Below, in pieces: positions 1-17,448 of a DNA stretch of 64,000 nucleotides. Location: the NCBI RefSeq assembly GCF_009914755.1, contig NC_060941.1. One strand, 5' to 3'. How positions within the stretch are numbered: position 1 is the stretch's first letter; every line of letters starts with the position of its first letter. The DNA is from the human T2T-CHM13v2.0 reference genome, Homo sapiens. The notes below the pieces were generated by a model. That model was given only the letters and a program-made list of their open reading frames with translations, had not been told where the DNA came from and did not search any database. Both the position numbers and the translations under genes were made by a program.

Positions 1-358
<358 letters not shown>

Positions 359-369
359 TGATAAAGGGA

Positions 370-431
370 CGTTCTTAAAATTTATGTCTAGTCAAATTTA
401 TCAATATTTTAATTTATGGCTGAGTAGTATT

Positions 432-477
<46 letters not shown>

Positions 478-1503
478 CTTCTTTATCCAGCCCTCTGTTG
501 ATGGACACTTATGTTAATTCTCTATCTTTGCTTTTGTGAATAGTGCTGCAATAAACATATGAGTGCAGGTATCTTTTTAAATATAATGATTTTTTTTCCT
601 CTGGGTAGATACCCAGTAGTGAAGTTGCTGGATCAAATGGTAGTTTGTTTTTATTTCTTTGAGAAATCTCCATACTGTTGTCCATAAAGGTTGTACTAAT
701 TTACACTTCTACCAACGATGTATAAGTGTTATCTTTTCTTCGCATCTTTGCAAACATCTGATTTTTTTAGACTTTTTACTAATAGCCATTCCGACTAGGG
801 TAAAATGGTTATCTCCTGGTTTTAATTTGCATTTTCTGATAATTAGTGATGTGGAGCATTTTTTTACGTTGGTTGGTTGCTTGTATGTCTTCTTGTGAAA
901 AAAGAAGAATTCAAACAACTCAAATAACTGCACTGAAAAATAGGCAAATGGGTTATTTGTTTTGCTTGTTGAGTTCTTTGAGTTCTTTGTTGAATGCATA
1001 GTTTGCGATTTTTTTTTCCATCTGTAGGTCATCTGTTTACTCTGTTGATTGTTTCTTTTGCTTTGCAGAAGTTTTTTTTAGTTTAATTAAGTCTCGTTTT
1101 TCTATTTTTGTTTTTGTTGTATTTGCTTTTGAGAACTAAGTCACAAATTCTTTTCCTAGTCCAATGTCCAGAAGAGGTTATTCCTAGTTTTTTCTTCCTG
1201 AATTTTTATAGGTTCAGGTCCTATGTTTAGGTTTTAATCCATCTTGAGTTAATTTTTGTATATGGTGAGAGATATGGGTCCAGTTCTATTGTTCTGCATA
1301 AGGCTATTCAATTTTCCCAGTACAATTTATTGAAAAGGATTTTTCCCCCAGTGTATATTTTTGTTGACTTTGTCAAAGATCATTTGATTGTAGGTATGTG
1401 GCTTCATTCTGGTTTCTCTATTCTGTTCTATTTATGTACATGTCTATTTTTATACCAGTATCATGCTGTTTTAGTTACTATAGCCTTGTAGTATAATTTG
1501 AAC
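370..1503 (-). mobile_element. Old L1 (L1MA/L1PB-like) ORF2 3' portion, with (TA)n at ~434-473
   Basis: Antisense L1 motifs (GATACCCAGTAGTG..., TGATGTGGAGCATTTTTT); minus ORF 709-1032 resembles the ORF2 C-terminus (KKCSTSLIIR). Confidence 0.8.
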
Positions 1504-1855
1504 AACTGAGCTTATTTGAAGGGAAATTTGTTCTATCTTATCCATAAACTACCTTGTTTTCTTTTAACAATCATATATTCCATATAATATCTATGTGTGT
1601 ACATATGAATACATATTTCATTTACATATATAAATATATATCTATGTAAATGTATGTAGATAACTATATATAATGACCACTTATCGATATGTTCTTATGC
1701 CCAAAAATGAATTTTTTTTTAAATGTTGAGGGACATGCATACATCATTATGACAGATAGTGATGCTCTAATTTGGCATACTAACCTCTATTCCCACACAT
1801 GACTTATGACATAATTGAAATAGAGAGTAGTGAAATTTTAGAGCCATAAAATTAC

Positions 1856-2020
1856 CTGTATGGTCCTTGTGCTCCTTCTTTGCTGGCATTCCATGTCCTA
1901 GCAAGAACTTCAAATGATATGAGTATGTATTAGTAAAGGTGACTCTTACTATTTCTTCAGGATAATTTGCTGTGAATTCTTTAATACTTTCCTCATCTGG
2001 CAGTCCCAAGACCTCTTTAC
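1856..2020 (-). CDS. ABCA8: ABCA8 third coding exon ([55 protein letters not shown]), 165 nt; gene continues left of the window
   Basis: Acceptor AAAG| (plus CT 2021-2022); donor |GTAATT (plus AC 1854-1855); phase continues from the previous exon; peptide recognised as ABCA8. Confidence 0.95.
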
Positions 2021-5000
2021 CTTTTGTTACAAGAAGGAATATTATTGTTAGTAAATTACTAGGAGACACAACTTCAGGATGTCATGTTGAATTGCTTTTA
2101 CTAGAGTTTTCTATGGAAATAAAACATTATCAAGTATTAACTTTTAGAAAGTTAGACTAAAATGTTGGGTGGGAGAGAAATTTCTAAAGTTCCATCTAGA
2201 TGCAATCAGAAGAAATACATGAAAATTAGTTATTTTATTTTCATATGTTGTGATTACTGAGCCAATTTCAATCACATACAATGTCCTACTATACCAATTA
2301 AACTGTTCAAAAATAGTTATCATTCCTATAAATTTGAAATGGTAAATATAGAGAGATAGATATTTAAATTGCAATTAGGCACTGTTTTGTATCAGGTGGA
2401 CATACCTATACAAATTTATTTTTCTTTAATAATCCTGATGGTATGGTTAATAAGCTAAAAAAGGTGATAAATTTAAAAACATGTTAAGAAACTATGTTGA
2501 CATCACTGAAAGAATCCCTCTTTTCTGTAGGTATTTTGTCTGAGGCCACATGGATGTTTTATTAATACTGAAAAATGAGACAAAATACAAGAAAAGTTCT
2601 GGATTGGGGTGGAAGTGTTGAAGATGAATGTAGAGGGAGCAAGAAGTATGTATTTTGATAGAATTAATTTTATTCTCAAACTTATGTCATCATGAGCAAA
2701 TTCCTTACCCTTTGTTACTCAATTTCTATATTTGTAAAATAAACTTAATAACCATTATTATTATTATTATAGAATATTAACAGAGTACAGAATATAGAAT
2801 AATATCATTACAAAATATTCTCTTTTTACAGAATACAGTTTTTGTAGAAATATACCATATTGTAGCATTTAATGAATATTTATTATTATAATTGCATGTG
2901 GTTTTGAATGAGGTAATGTCGAGAAGCACAAGTTCCTGACATTGGGTCTTGTTATGGACGTCTGTGAAACAGCAAGAGCAGACACGTCTCAGGGCCGTTT
3001 AGGAGACTGGACCTTAGGTGGATAGTTCATATCACATTATAATCTTGAATCAGAAGTGGATTCAGTGTTGGTAGGTAAGATGCACAATATAGGCATTAAA
3101 ATGTATGTGGAACTAATGGTGTGATGCTTGGTGAGGCGCCGTTGGAAAGCATATTTTGGATAACTCACAGGAAGGAAAAGTCCAACATACTCTGGAAACT
3201 CTGGCCATAGACAGTCCAAATAGCAAGTGCATGAACTGGATTACTGGATACAGAATCCAGTGAAGGGGTCAGAATCCAGGCATAAGATTAATAATTACTT
3301 AAGCTTGAGTGGAATTTGGACAGAAGTTGACAAAGAAAGGAAAAAAAGAGGTTATGCAGGCTTCCAGTGACTTGGTGGAGCAAGATGCATAGGTTCTCCT
3401 TAGAAGAACGCCCTTGGTGGGAGTTATGTTGCTTAAAATGAATAGTCAGTACCTTCTAAGTCAAATTTTTATATTCCTTTAAAAATTGGGATGTAATTCA
3501 CATACCATAATATTCACCCTTTTAATAATTTCATGGTTTTTAGAATACTCACACAGTTGTACAAACTCGAAGTCACTTTAAAATTATAACTCAACTCATA
3601 AAAAATTATTCAACTCATCAAATTAAATCTCACTTTACATCCAACCATCAATTCTGATTTGAAGCTGCTGCCTGATACTGACATCCTGTAGATATAGTCT
3701 GACTGTTCCTGTACTTCTACCTCCATTTGTTAATGAGAATCTTCTTTTAGTATTAGCGTAGTTGGCTTTCAATCAGTTAGGTTTGGTATAATCCAAAACA
3801 GAATAACTAACTTCTTATTAACTTTATTGACAAATACATTGCTAGCATTATTTTTGTAGTTATTCTGGTTATAACAACTAAATATTTATACAGAAAAATC
3901 ATGCCCATATGAATGTGGGTCCGATCCAACAGGACACACCATTTGCCATTCTCTACAAAATTCTTAGTAGCCATTACATTTTTACTAGCTGATCTAGAAA
4001 CCATCCTCCTGTTACCATTACCATGAGCATCTCAAATGAACAACTTAAAACTTATACTCACTATAGCACTAATTTTAATCTTTACCTTAGCCCTCGACCC
4101 AGCCTATGAATGAATGACAGGGCAATCACCACAGATTTCCCTTTGAAGTATGCATTTATAGTTGTAAAGGACATATGTTGTTTTTATCTGTTGACATCCA
4201 GTTCTTCTAATAAAAACACACTATGATCCATTTGGGATACTTCCCTTCCTCTGCTCACATATCCTGTGGTTTCAATGTGGTTCATGACCTGGGAACTCAA
4301 CAAGTGGGCAATGAAAATACCGCATATCCCCTATCCAAAGAGATTAGTTCTCGGTGAACCAAGATCAACACTAACCCAAAGTCACCTATTTGTTCCTGTG
4401 GATAAAATCCTTGAAGTTATTGTGAACTATCAGAAATGATCTGTAATCTTTTCACTGGAGTTGCTAATCTGGGAGGGCTTAAATCTGGAGAGTCTGCAGA
4501 CCAACTCTGCCTCTGGGAGAACCAACCTGTGAATGAAGCCAGCACACAAAGCTGTATATCGGAGGGGCAGAGATTTACTTCTGTTGGTGATAAACCTCTA
4601 ATCTGCCTTGCATTAATACTCTGCTCTTTTAAGCTAGACAAAAGATTCTTTTTCTTAAGACAGATTGAGTTGGGCCTCTTACGCTCAACTGAAATATTTA
4701 TGAAAAATATAGTATTATTTTTTATAGATCATTGTTAACTAGTCACCCTACTGATCTATCGAACACAAGGTCTTATTTCTTCAAACTGTAAGAGTTTATT
4801 GTTGCATAAATTGTTAATCTTATTTTGCGTTTGCTAATAATAAGGCTAAGAGAAGCTGATGGCTTTCAAAATGCACTCCAGACACATATGTATCACAGCA
4901 GTTCTGAGTGGACTCTTAGAACTACTTTTAATCAAATGTCCTCTGACTCTAAGTCTAGTTCTCTTGCCTTTGTACCAGGCTGCATCTCCTCTAATTTCAG

Positions 5001-5662
5001 AGCATTGTTGTAAAAATGATTGTTATAAAAATGATCTTTACCCTTCAGCTTTAAGGTACTCGTTAAGTTAACCTTAACCTTAACTCAACTTAACAACTAC
5101 TTAACCTTAACTCGTTAAGTACCTTAATGCTGAAGGATGAAAATCTGAAATACAGAATACTCAAAGGAATATTCAAATAGAGCAAGCACATGTTTTTGGT
5201 GTTAAAAGGTAGGGTTAAAATTCCTATAATCAAATTTAGGAAAAGAAGAGACTGGTTTTTCTTTGTCTATAAGAACAAGAAAACACTACAGCAACGATTT
5301 CATTTTGGTGACAATGCTTTCAGAGTCACATGTCAACATATCCCTAAACACTACTGCTCTAAATGTGCACCAGTCTGTATAATTTCATGCTTCCTCAAAT
5401 CCTATACCAGATCAACAAGTTTCTTTTTGAGAGACTGCGCACCCCAAATGGTAAACCCTTGTTTGGCAAGCAATACATGTAGTTTTAACTTAGATACTGA
5501 GTGGTGAGATGTTACTTCCAATAAAGGGAAGACACATTCCCAATTCATGTACTCCAGAAAGTTTAATTATCAAACTGAAATACAAATTAAATGTATAAAT
5601 CTGCGGTCAAATAAACCAAATATTCACACCAGACATTCTTCTTAAGTAACTAGAAAACTTAC

Positions 5663-5867
5663 CTGCCAGGAAGGGAGTAGAGGCTACTTTATTCATTATC
5701 TGTTGGGTCGTGTTGGTGACAGGTGTGTATACAACAGAAAATCTGGATTCATTAAATGTATCTACCCGTCCCAGGTCCATGGTAAGCAGTGAAGAAAAAT
5801 CATTTACTTGATGACTATGAGGATATATATACAAACAAAGTAGTAGGAGCAATGAATTCAGCCATTC
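5663..5867 (-). CDS. ABCA8: ABCA8 second coding exon ([23 protein letters not shown]...KVASTPFLA), 205 nt, includes TM1
   Basis: Acceptor TAG| (5868-5869); donor |GTAAGT (plus AC 5661-5662); in frame with both neighbours. Confidence 0.95.
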
Positions 5868-6843
5868 CTATATAATACAGGAAAAAAGATAAAGAAAAGT
5901 CTTATTTAAAATTAGTCATCCACAATCATTTTGTCATAAAGTTTGCCTCTTTTTTACTTTTCTAACTTCAATATATCCCATATTATAAACTGTTTAAAGT
6001 CTGCTGAAAGTCAATGTGTTTTAAAAGATAGTTCCAAGGCATTGCTAGCTTAGTAATGATATACTGGTTACATGCCAAGATTCTGGAATTTCAAACTCAA
6101 CAGTATACCAGTTTGTAAGGGCATTCTGATAATTCTAATAATAAGATAGTATCGGAGGGATAGTATCTTCGTTAGTTATAAATCCTGATCACATGCGAAC
6201 TCCCAATAAGAAATCACTTTATTTCCAAAATGCATGATCTTAGGGGAAAAAACTTTACGATGTATGTATAGTGGAATTCCAATTTAGTTAAAAATGCTAC
6301 CTAGCTATATCGATCTGATTTTTAAAATATACCAAAGTATAATCAAGATTTTTTATATGGTAAGATTATAAGAGCTAATGCTAATTTTCTTCTTGGAATT
6401 TAATACAATTCCAACTTTTCTACCTTTTTGAAGAAAACTAATTGTTTCAAGAAGAGAAAAAGATCTCAAAGAGAAAATGCCAGTTACCCATTGTGGTGGG
6501 TTGGTTTGTTTACCATATCTTTGGAATGTCAGTATCTTAACCCTAGTCTCCATGACTGGGGACACTAGTAACAAATGTGACCATTGGCTTTTAAAACATG
6601 TATTGATTTCTCAATTGCTACCAGATTCAGTGGTTTCAGACCTCAATTTATGAGCCCATGTCAACTGAAATATCTTCAAACAGATTCATGGCCTGAAGAA
6701 TAGCGTTTTCTGTTGTATAAACGTTGCTGTATTTTAGTGTTTTTGGTGTATGTGTCGGGGGAGATACACATGGCATAGATAACTCCCAGGCAACACGTAT
6801 TTTCCTATCATAAATAGAGAATAACACGGATATTGAGTCATAC

Positions 6844-6939
6844 CATTAAGGACTCTCTTTTCATTCTCCATTTTTTAAGAAAGTTCTTGCATAATAAGGC
6901 CCAAGTTTGTTGACACACACTGATCTTTCTCTTCCTCAT
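6844..6939 (-). CDS. ABCA8: ABCA8 first coding exon ([32 protein letters not shown]); exon starts at 6944 with 5 nt of UTR
   Basis: ATG at 6939-6937; ABCA-type N-terminal motif [15 protein letters not shown]; donor |GTATGA; acceptor TTTTTCATTAAACAAG|. Confidence 0.96.
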
Positions 6940-8781
6940 CTTGTCTTGTTTAATGAAAAAGAAAGAAGATAAAATTAATATGAAGTTCTTAAGAAGAAGA
7001 AATATCCTGCAAACAACAAAAAAGCGTAGCCTAATACTCCAATGTTCCAAATGAGTGCAAAGAGTCTGAGTGTTCCCAAGTCAGCATTGTATTACTCCCA
7101 TGCTCTCCTTCCGTCCCCACTTGCAGACTCTGTTCCATCATTTATTTGTGATGCCCTGTGCCTGTTATCAATTTACTGTCTCTCAGCCCTAAATTCACTC
7201 TGCATAGCCTGCTCTATAAAAATGGATCTGAATCCTTTAAGTACTTTCCTTTGCCAGCTGGCATGATGTTATGCTGTTTCAGCAGAGAGGACAGTAGAGA
7301 CACTGCAGGCATCTGATGCCATCCAGGTATCAGAATAGTTCATTTGCTGAGTTGCTATAGAATGTATTTTTCCCCACTGAGTAAATTGTTTTCTCCAATG
7401 CAAAGTACCTAGAGTGTGCAGGATTCACTGTGTGTTTCCTCTAGCTCTTGACTTGGGTAGCAGTAGTATATCTGGGAGCCCCAGATAGCTACATCCCTTT
7501 CCTCGAAGCTCTGTTTCCTTTGGCCGTCCTGTTGCAAAAGGAGTGCACTCTAGTACTGGTGTCCACAGCTTGCCATTCAGACTTCTTTGCCATTCGGTGG
7601 GTTTCAACCACTTCTTATCCAATTGTCAATACCTTATCTCCTCATGTTTATTCTTCTTTGGATATTCTCCCTCAGCCCTAGGAAGCCCTCTTGAGCTCTC
7701 AGTCCATCTTTATAGTTATTCTCCTGTCACTATTCAATAGTTCTGTATATTAAACTTACTTCATTTAATTACTATGTAGTTTATGTCCCCAGATTGCACC
7801 CAGACCAACACCTACACATACACCACTCTTAATTTCAATAAATACATCCTTGAACACCCAATTTAATGACTCTATAATATTTAGCTTAAGAACCTGAATA
7901 AATAATCTGTTTTAGGAATTGATCTATCTAAGACAATTTAATGGGATCTTTGTTATTTCTGGCAGAAATAATTGCTCTCTTTACTAATTTGTTGTGGGAT
8001 GAAAGAAAATTTTCTTTCCCTAGTGAAAGAAATTGAACTTTTTACTATCTTTCTTTGAAGAATTAAAATCTTAATATAGGATAATCACCATAGTTTGGCC
8101 TGGAAAAAGCTTTACATTGTCTTTTTAAAATGTCACTTTAATCGAATGTCATTTTAAAGTGACATTTATTTATTGTTTCCATCTTTAAGAATTTATTTAT
8201 GTTTATTATGCAGAGTCATCAGGAAAAATACACACACATATTTGCATATATATGATCTCCGTGTATGTGTATAGATATACTTTTTTCTAAAATCATTGTA
8301 GCAATTTGTACTATGATAGGAAGTATTTCAAAATTCATCTTTTCCACATTCTCATCTATAACCATATTGCCATTCTCTATAAGATTTCCTGGATTTTTCT
8401 TTCACTTACAATGCATAAATTCTCAAGAGAATGTTGCTACTTTCCTAATAATGAAACAAAGTCAGATAATCTATAAAATTATAACTTTTCTTGGGTCTAT
8501 CAAAGAGCTGAGTTCACAGGTAACTAGGTAAACTAAAGTCCAAAGGGTAAAAGCCTTCTCCAGGGATAAAAGGGACCCATGAACAGTTTCAGAATTGGTA
8601 GAGTATTAGAGAAAGACATGGCTACTATAAAAGCAGGTAGGGAGAAAGCAGCTGAAATGTTAAATTTTTAATGGCTGAGTGTGGACCCACAGCTTGCGTG
8701 TTTGTTTACAATTACCAGGACCCCAGCACATTTGTCAACTCTTTTTTTACAGGCTTCACCTAGTATTCATTAAAAAAAATT

Positions 8782-9220
8782 ACAATAGCAAAGAGTTGGA
8801 ACCAACCCAAATCCCCATCAATGATAGACTGCATAAAGAAAAATGTGGCATATATACACCATGGAATACTATGCAGCCATGAAAAAGAATGAGATCGTGT
8901 CCTTTGCAGGGACATGGATGAAGCTGGAAGCCATCATCCTCAGCAAAATAACACAGGAACAGAAAACCAAACACCTCATGTTCTCGCTCATAAGTGGGAG
9001 TTGAACAAGGAGAACACATGGTCACAGGGAGGGGAACATCACACACTGGGTCCTGTTGGGGGGTGAGAGGAAAGGGAAGGGAGAGCATTAGGACAAATAC
9101 CTAATGCATGTGGGGCTTAAAACCTAGATGATGGGTTGATGGGTGCAGCAAACCACCATGACACATGTATATCTATGTAACAAACCTGCATGTTCAGCAC
9201 ATGTAGCCCAGAACTTAAAG

Positions 9221-9272
<52 letters not shown>
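8782..9272 (+). mobile_element. L1PA 3' end with tail converted to (TA)n
   Basis: GGAATACTATGCAGCCAT, GGACATGGATGAAGCTGGAA, L1 3'UTR G-rich tract, then (TA)n at ~9223-9272. Confidence 0.9.
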
Positions 9273-9281
<9 letters not shown>

Positions 9282-10970
9282 TATACATACATATGCAAAC
9301 AAGAGACCTGAAAGACCCCCAGTAGCTCACAGGCCACAAAATCTACCCATGTCTCAGAACATTTTTTCCAAAGGGCAAATCTAGAAACCTTGGTAGAAGG
9401 ACAGGAATCCCTGTCAGCCCCACAAAACAAGCTGTTATTGCATCTTGGGGAGGAGTTAAAGCAAAAATCAGCAGCTAATGAGGGGCAATCTGTAAACCAC
9501 CAACCACCCCTTCCCCCAACCTTTACTCCTGTTCCAAGTGAATTTCTGCTGCTAAGTTATGGGTAGAAGCAAAAAACCACTTTGTGGAGGGAGAGGAAGG
9601 AAACCACGTCGCTCTATGATAAAAGCCTTGCACCTGGTAAAAAGCAACAGCCTGCTACCACTGCAGGTGGGGCAGGAAGCTTCCAGTTCCCATTCCCAAG
9701 CAAAGATAATTTGCAGCTGAGATTTGCAACAAGGACCCAGCACGGATACAAAGCAGAGACAGGCTCTCACCACGGCGGGGGAGAGGACGCTCTCACAGGT
9801 CCAGAACCTCTCAACAGATACAAGGTAGGAATTGGCTGGTATGTAGGGAGAAAAACATGTTGAGGAAGCCCCATCTCAAGGGCCAGATCTATAGTACCTA
9901 ATACTGAGGCTGGAGCAGGAAATCTAGAGTTCCTCCTGCCCATATCTCAAGCACTGCACTGAGCAAAAAGCTATGGCAGTCTATGGATGGGGGAAGGGTA
10001 AGATAATGGAGGGGGTCTCCTTTACTGCTTGGGTGCACAAGGCCTTTGAAAGTTGAGGGTGGAACAGGAACACAGAGAAAACAATTTGCAGCTTCTCAGA
10101 GCCAAATTATTTACAAACATGGAGTGTGTAGGGTATCTCAGTATTAGAATTTGTGTTGTCTGTTGTCTTGTTTTTCATAGAATTTGAGCGTCGTCTTATA
10201 TGTTGAATGGCCACTTAGACTTCTGGAAATAGCTTTTTGTACTCAGTTGATTTTTTTTTTGTCATACCTATTTGCAGGAGTTCATTATGTATTTTAGATA
10301 TTTGTTTGCTGCTAGTTATTAATTTTGTCAATCTCTAATTTTCTTCTATTGTATTCAAGTTTAAGTTTTGTTGTGGTCAAACAACCTTTTCCTTGGTGAT
10401 TGTGTATTTGGTGTGTGTGTCCTGTTTAGAAAGCACTTTCCTTTTCAGAAGTCATAAATGCACATTCCTTCATATTCTTCTAATAATCTCAAGTATTTGT
10501 CAAGAGTACATGAAAGATGTACTCTTTCATACATCTGAGTTTATTTTTGTGTAAGACCTAAGAGAGTGACCTAAGTCGTTGGTGATGAGTTTTTTTCTTT
10601 CTGCATTTCTCAAGCATGTTGTTCCAACATGAACTACTTTCTGGTTCCTTCTTTCCGTATTCATTTGTTATTCCTTCTCTCTCGAATAGCAGATATGTGT
10701 GTGTTTGTATTTATGTTTGTGTGTATATGTGTGTGTGTGTGCATATGTATATATATTATGCGTGTATGCACTTTGAAGTATTCTAGTTTTCAATTAATCT
10801 CTTTGTATACTTCTCACACATAGTCTAGTTACTAGCAGTTACTAGAACTTCATAATAAGCCTTCATAAATTCTAGAACAGGTTCTTCATCTTATTTATTT
10901 TTTTCAAAATTGTCTTGGCTCTTCTGGGAGCTTACTATTTGTGACAGAAACTGCTAGCTTTTTACCAAAA

Positions 10971-11284
<314 letters not shown>

Positions 11285-11522
11285 CTTTTTACCAAAATTT
11301 ATTACTTTTTCTTTCTGAGCACAGAGCTATACTCCATTCACAATGACATAAGATTGCTTCCTAGTCAATGGAATATATGCAGAAGAAATAATGTGCCATT
11401 TCTAAGTCATGATATTAGGAAGTAGGTGAGTCTCTCTATATCCTCTTTTCCCTTCTGATAGGTAGATGCCTTAGAAGACAGCCGGCCAAAAGACGGATGG
11501 AATTCAGTTTCCTAGATTATCA

Positions 11523-11905
<383 letters not shown>

Positions 11906-12632
11906 TAAATTGTATTGTAGTTGAGCCATTAAATAATTTTTGTTAGATTTATTCTACAGTTCAATTTATATTAGCTACTTATACTCTTCTAAATGCATAT
12001 TGGAAACATTTTGACAAGTTTCATGATAAATAAAGGTCTGATTACTATTGCATTAAATTTATTGATTCATTCAGATATAATTAAAATGTTTATGGTATTG
12101 AGTTTTCTTCTACATGGACATTAGATATTTTCTTATGTTCTTTTGTGATTATGATTATATCTAATATAATCTACTAACATGTAAATTAGATTGATGTTTT
12201 CTCTCATGTTTTCCAGCAAATACTATAATTTGTCATAAGGTATTTTTAAATACTACTTAATTGAATTTGCCAATATTTTACTTGGGATTGTGTATAATCA
12301 TAAGTTACAGTGTACTATAATTTAATTGTTTATACAATGTGCTTGTCTGCTTTTAGCCTCAGTGTTATGTTAGCTTTATTATGGCTAGCATTTTCTCTTT
12401 TTCTGTTCTCCAAGGCAGTTTGTAACACATGGAAGATCTGATCTTAGAAGGCTAGTAAACTTGCTGATAAAACCTTATGAGCCTGTTGTTTCTGGGATAA
12501 GGATGGGCTAGATTATCATTGCTGTTAACGAAGGTTCAATTAATTAAATATGACTGGTCTATTCAAGTTGTCTGTTTCAACTTGATCCAATTTTGATAAT
12601 TTTCACTGAAAAGTATTCATTATATTTAGATT

Positions 12633-15352
<2,720 letters not shown>

Positions 15353-17093
15353 ATTTAGATTTATTAGCATGAATTTAAAATATCTATAACTAAAAATACT
15401 TTTGAAAACCTATTATAAATGGATGTATGTTTTCTTCTATTTTTAAGCTTCTTTTTATTTTTATTCATTAGTCTTGCTAGAATTTTGAATGTATTAATGG
15501 CCTTTTAAACAAAACAGCAGTTTACTGTTTCATCATTTTCATTGCTTACTATGTTTTCTAATTTATTAATTTATCCTCTTACTTTTCACGGTTTTATTTC
15601 TACTCTTTTTGGGGGTTGGTTTTGCTACTTTTTCCTTTGGCTTCTTGGCTGAAATAACGAACTAATGTTAGCAGAGTGGCTGAGAAAATGGATTCTGGAG
15701 TTGAGTGATTGATTGCATCAGTGACCCAATTATCCATCTGTCTGTGTCCACCCTTTGTCTGGTAATTTTGGAGTTTTTGTCATCAAGGCAGGCTAGTACT
15801 TGGGCCAAGAGAAGAAGGGAGGTGTGATGTCGCACCAGTTCTGAACCTCAGCCTCCCGAGACCTTGAGTGTATCTGCTTGTTTTTTTGTTTCTTCCATTG
15901 CTGTGAGAGCAGACCTGGCCTAGCCTACTGCGGAATGAAACCAAGCTGAGTCCTCTCAGTCATCCAGTTGAGAGTGCTAGCCAGTCCCCTCCCAGAGATA
16001 CCATCAAGCCTATCCAAGATCATCAGTTTCTTAGGAACCACTGCAGACACCACACTACAAATGCTTATTGCTGTGTGTTGTTATTTGGGTTTATTTCCTT
16101 TTTGCTATGTAACATAAATGTGGCAATAGACCATACATATGTTACTTAGGATTACCTCTTTAGCATTCACTATATTGAAGTTTCTTTGTTTTTAGTGACT
16201 TTTTATTTTTGATTTCTAACAATTATATTGTGACCAAAGAAATGACTTCTCAGTAAGATACTGCTTCTTTAAAATTCCTTAAGACTTCCTCGCTGGTGCA
16301 GCATATTTTAATATTTGAAAGTGTTCCACGTGCACCTAACATACCTGTAACTCACCATTTAGGTGAAGTGTTTTGTACGTATCTATTCAATCTTTTTCAT
16401 TGTGTTCTTCAAATCTTCAGCATCCTTTCTAATGTTATATTTCCTAGATCAATCATTTCATAATAGAGTTCAATTAAAAATTTCCACTCTAATAATAGGT
16501 TTGGCAATTTCTTATTATATCTCTGTTAGTTTTCAGCAAGTGCATTTAAAGCATAGGTAGCTAGGTGCATAAAACATTGCTTTTTTATGTTTCAGTAATA
16601 GGTTGCTTCTATTTCTGATAATAACATGGAGACACTAGGTTTCTGTAGGTTAATATTTGCCTAATGTATCTGTTTCTATCTCTTTGTTGTTAACCTTTTG
16701 CTGCATTTTTAAATATTTGGTTACTGTATAAAAAACTATCAATGCATTATGTTTAGAAATCTAAACTGATAGATAACTATATTTTAAGAGATGCATTAAA
16801 CCATGTATGAATTTTTGTTTTGGATGATCTCTCATTCTATCTTATTCTCACGTTAAACCTACTTTTCCTTTGCTTCTAGTTTTGTCTACATCTTTACCTT
16901 CTATTGAATTGAAAATGTTTTCCTCTCCTTCTTCACTTCTTCTCCTGTCCCAAAGATGTAAAAGGTGGTTATATGTCTTTTATGGTTACTCTTAAATACT
17001 TTTCTAAGAAACTATAACTTATTTTATGAAAACTCAAAAGTATTTATTATCTCTGTTCTCTTTTTACAAACAAATGCCTTCTAGTTATTTTAA

Positions 17094-17378
<285 letters not shown>

Positions 17379-17448
17379 TTGTTGTGTAGAAATGTGATTC
17401 AATTTTCAATTTAAAGAACATACAAAGTAGATTCATTTTTTACCATCA

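Noticed and set aside
7100-7810. Possible old LTR; similar candidates at ~38330-38760 and ~41390-41760
   Set aside because: LTR-like by feel but family and boundaries cannot be supported without RepeatMasker
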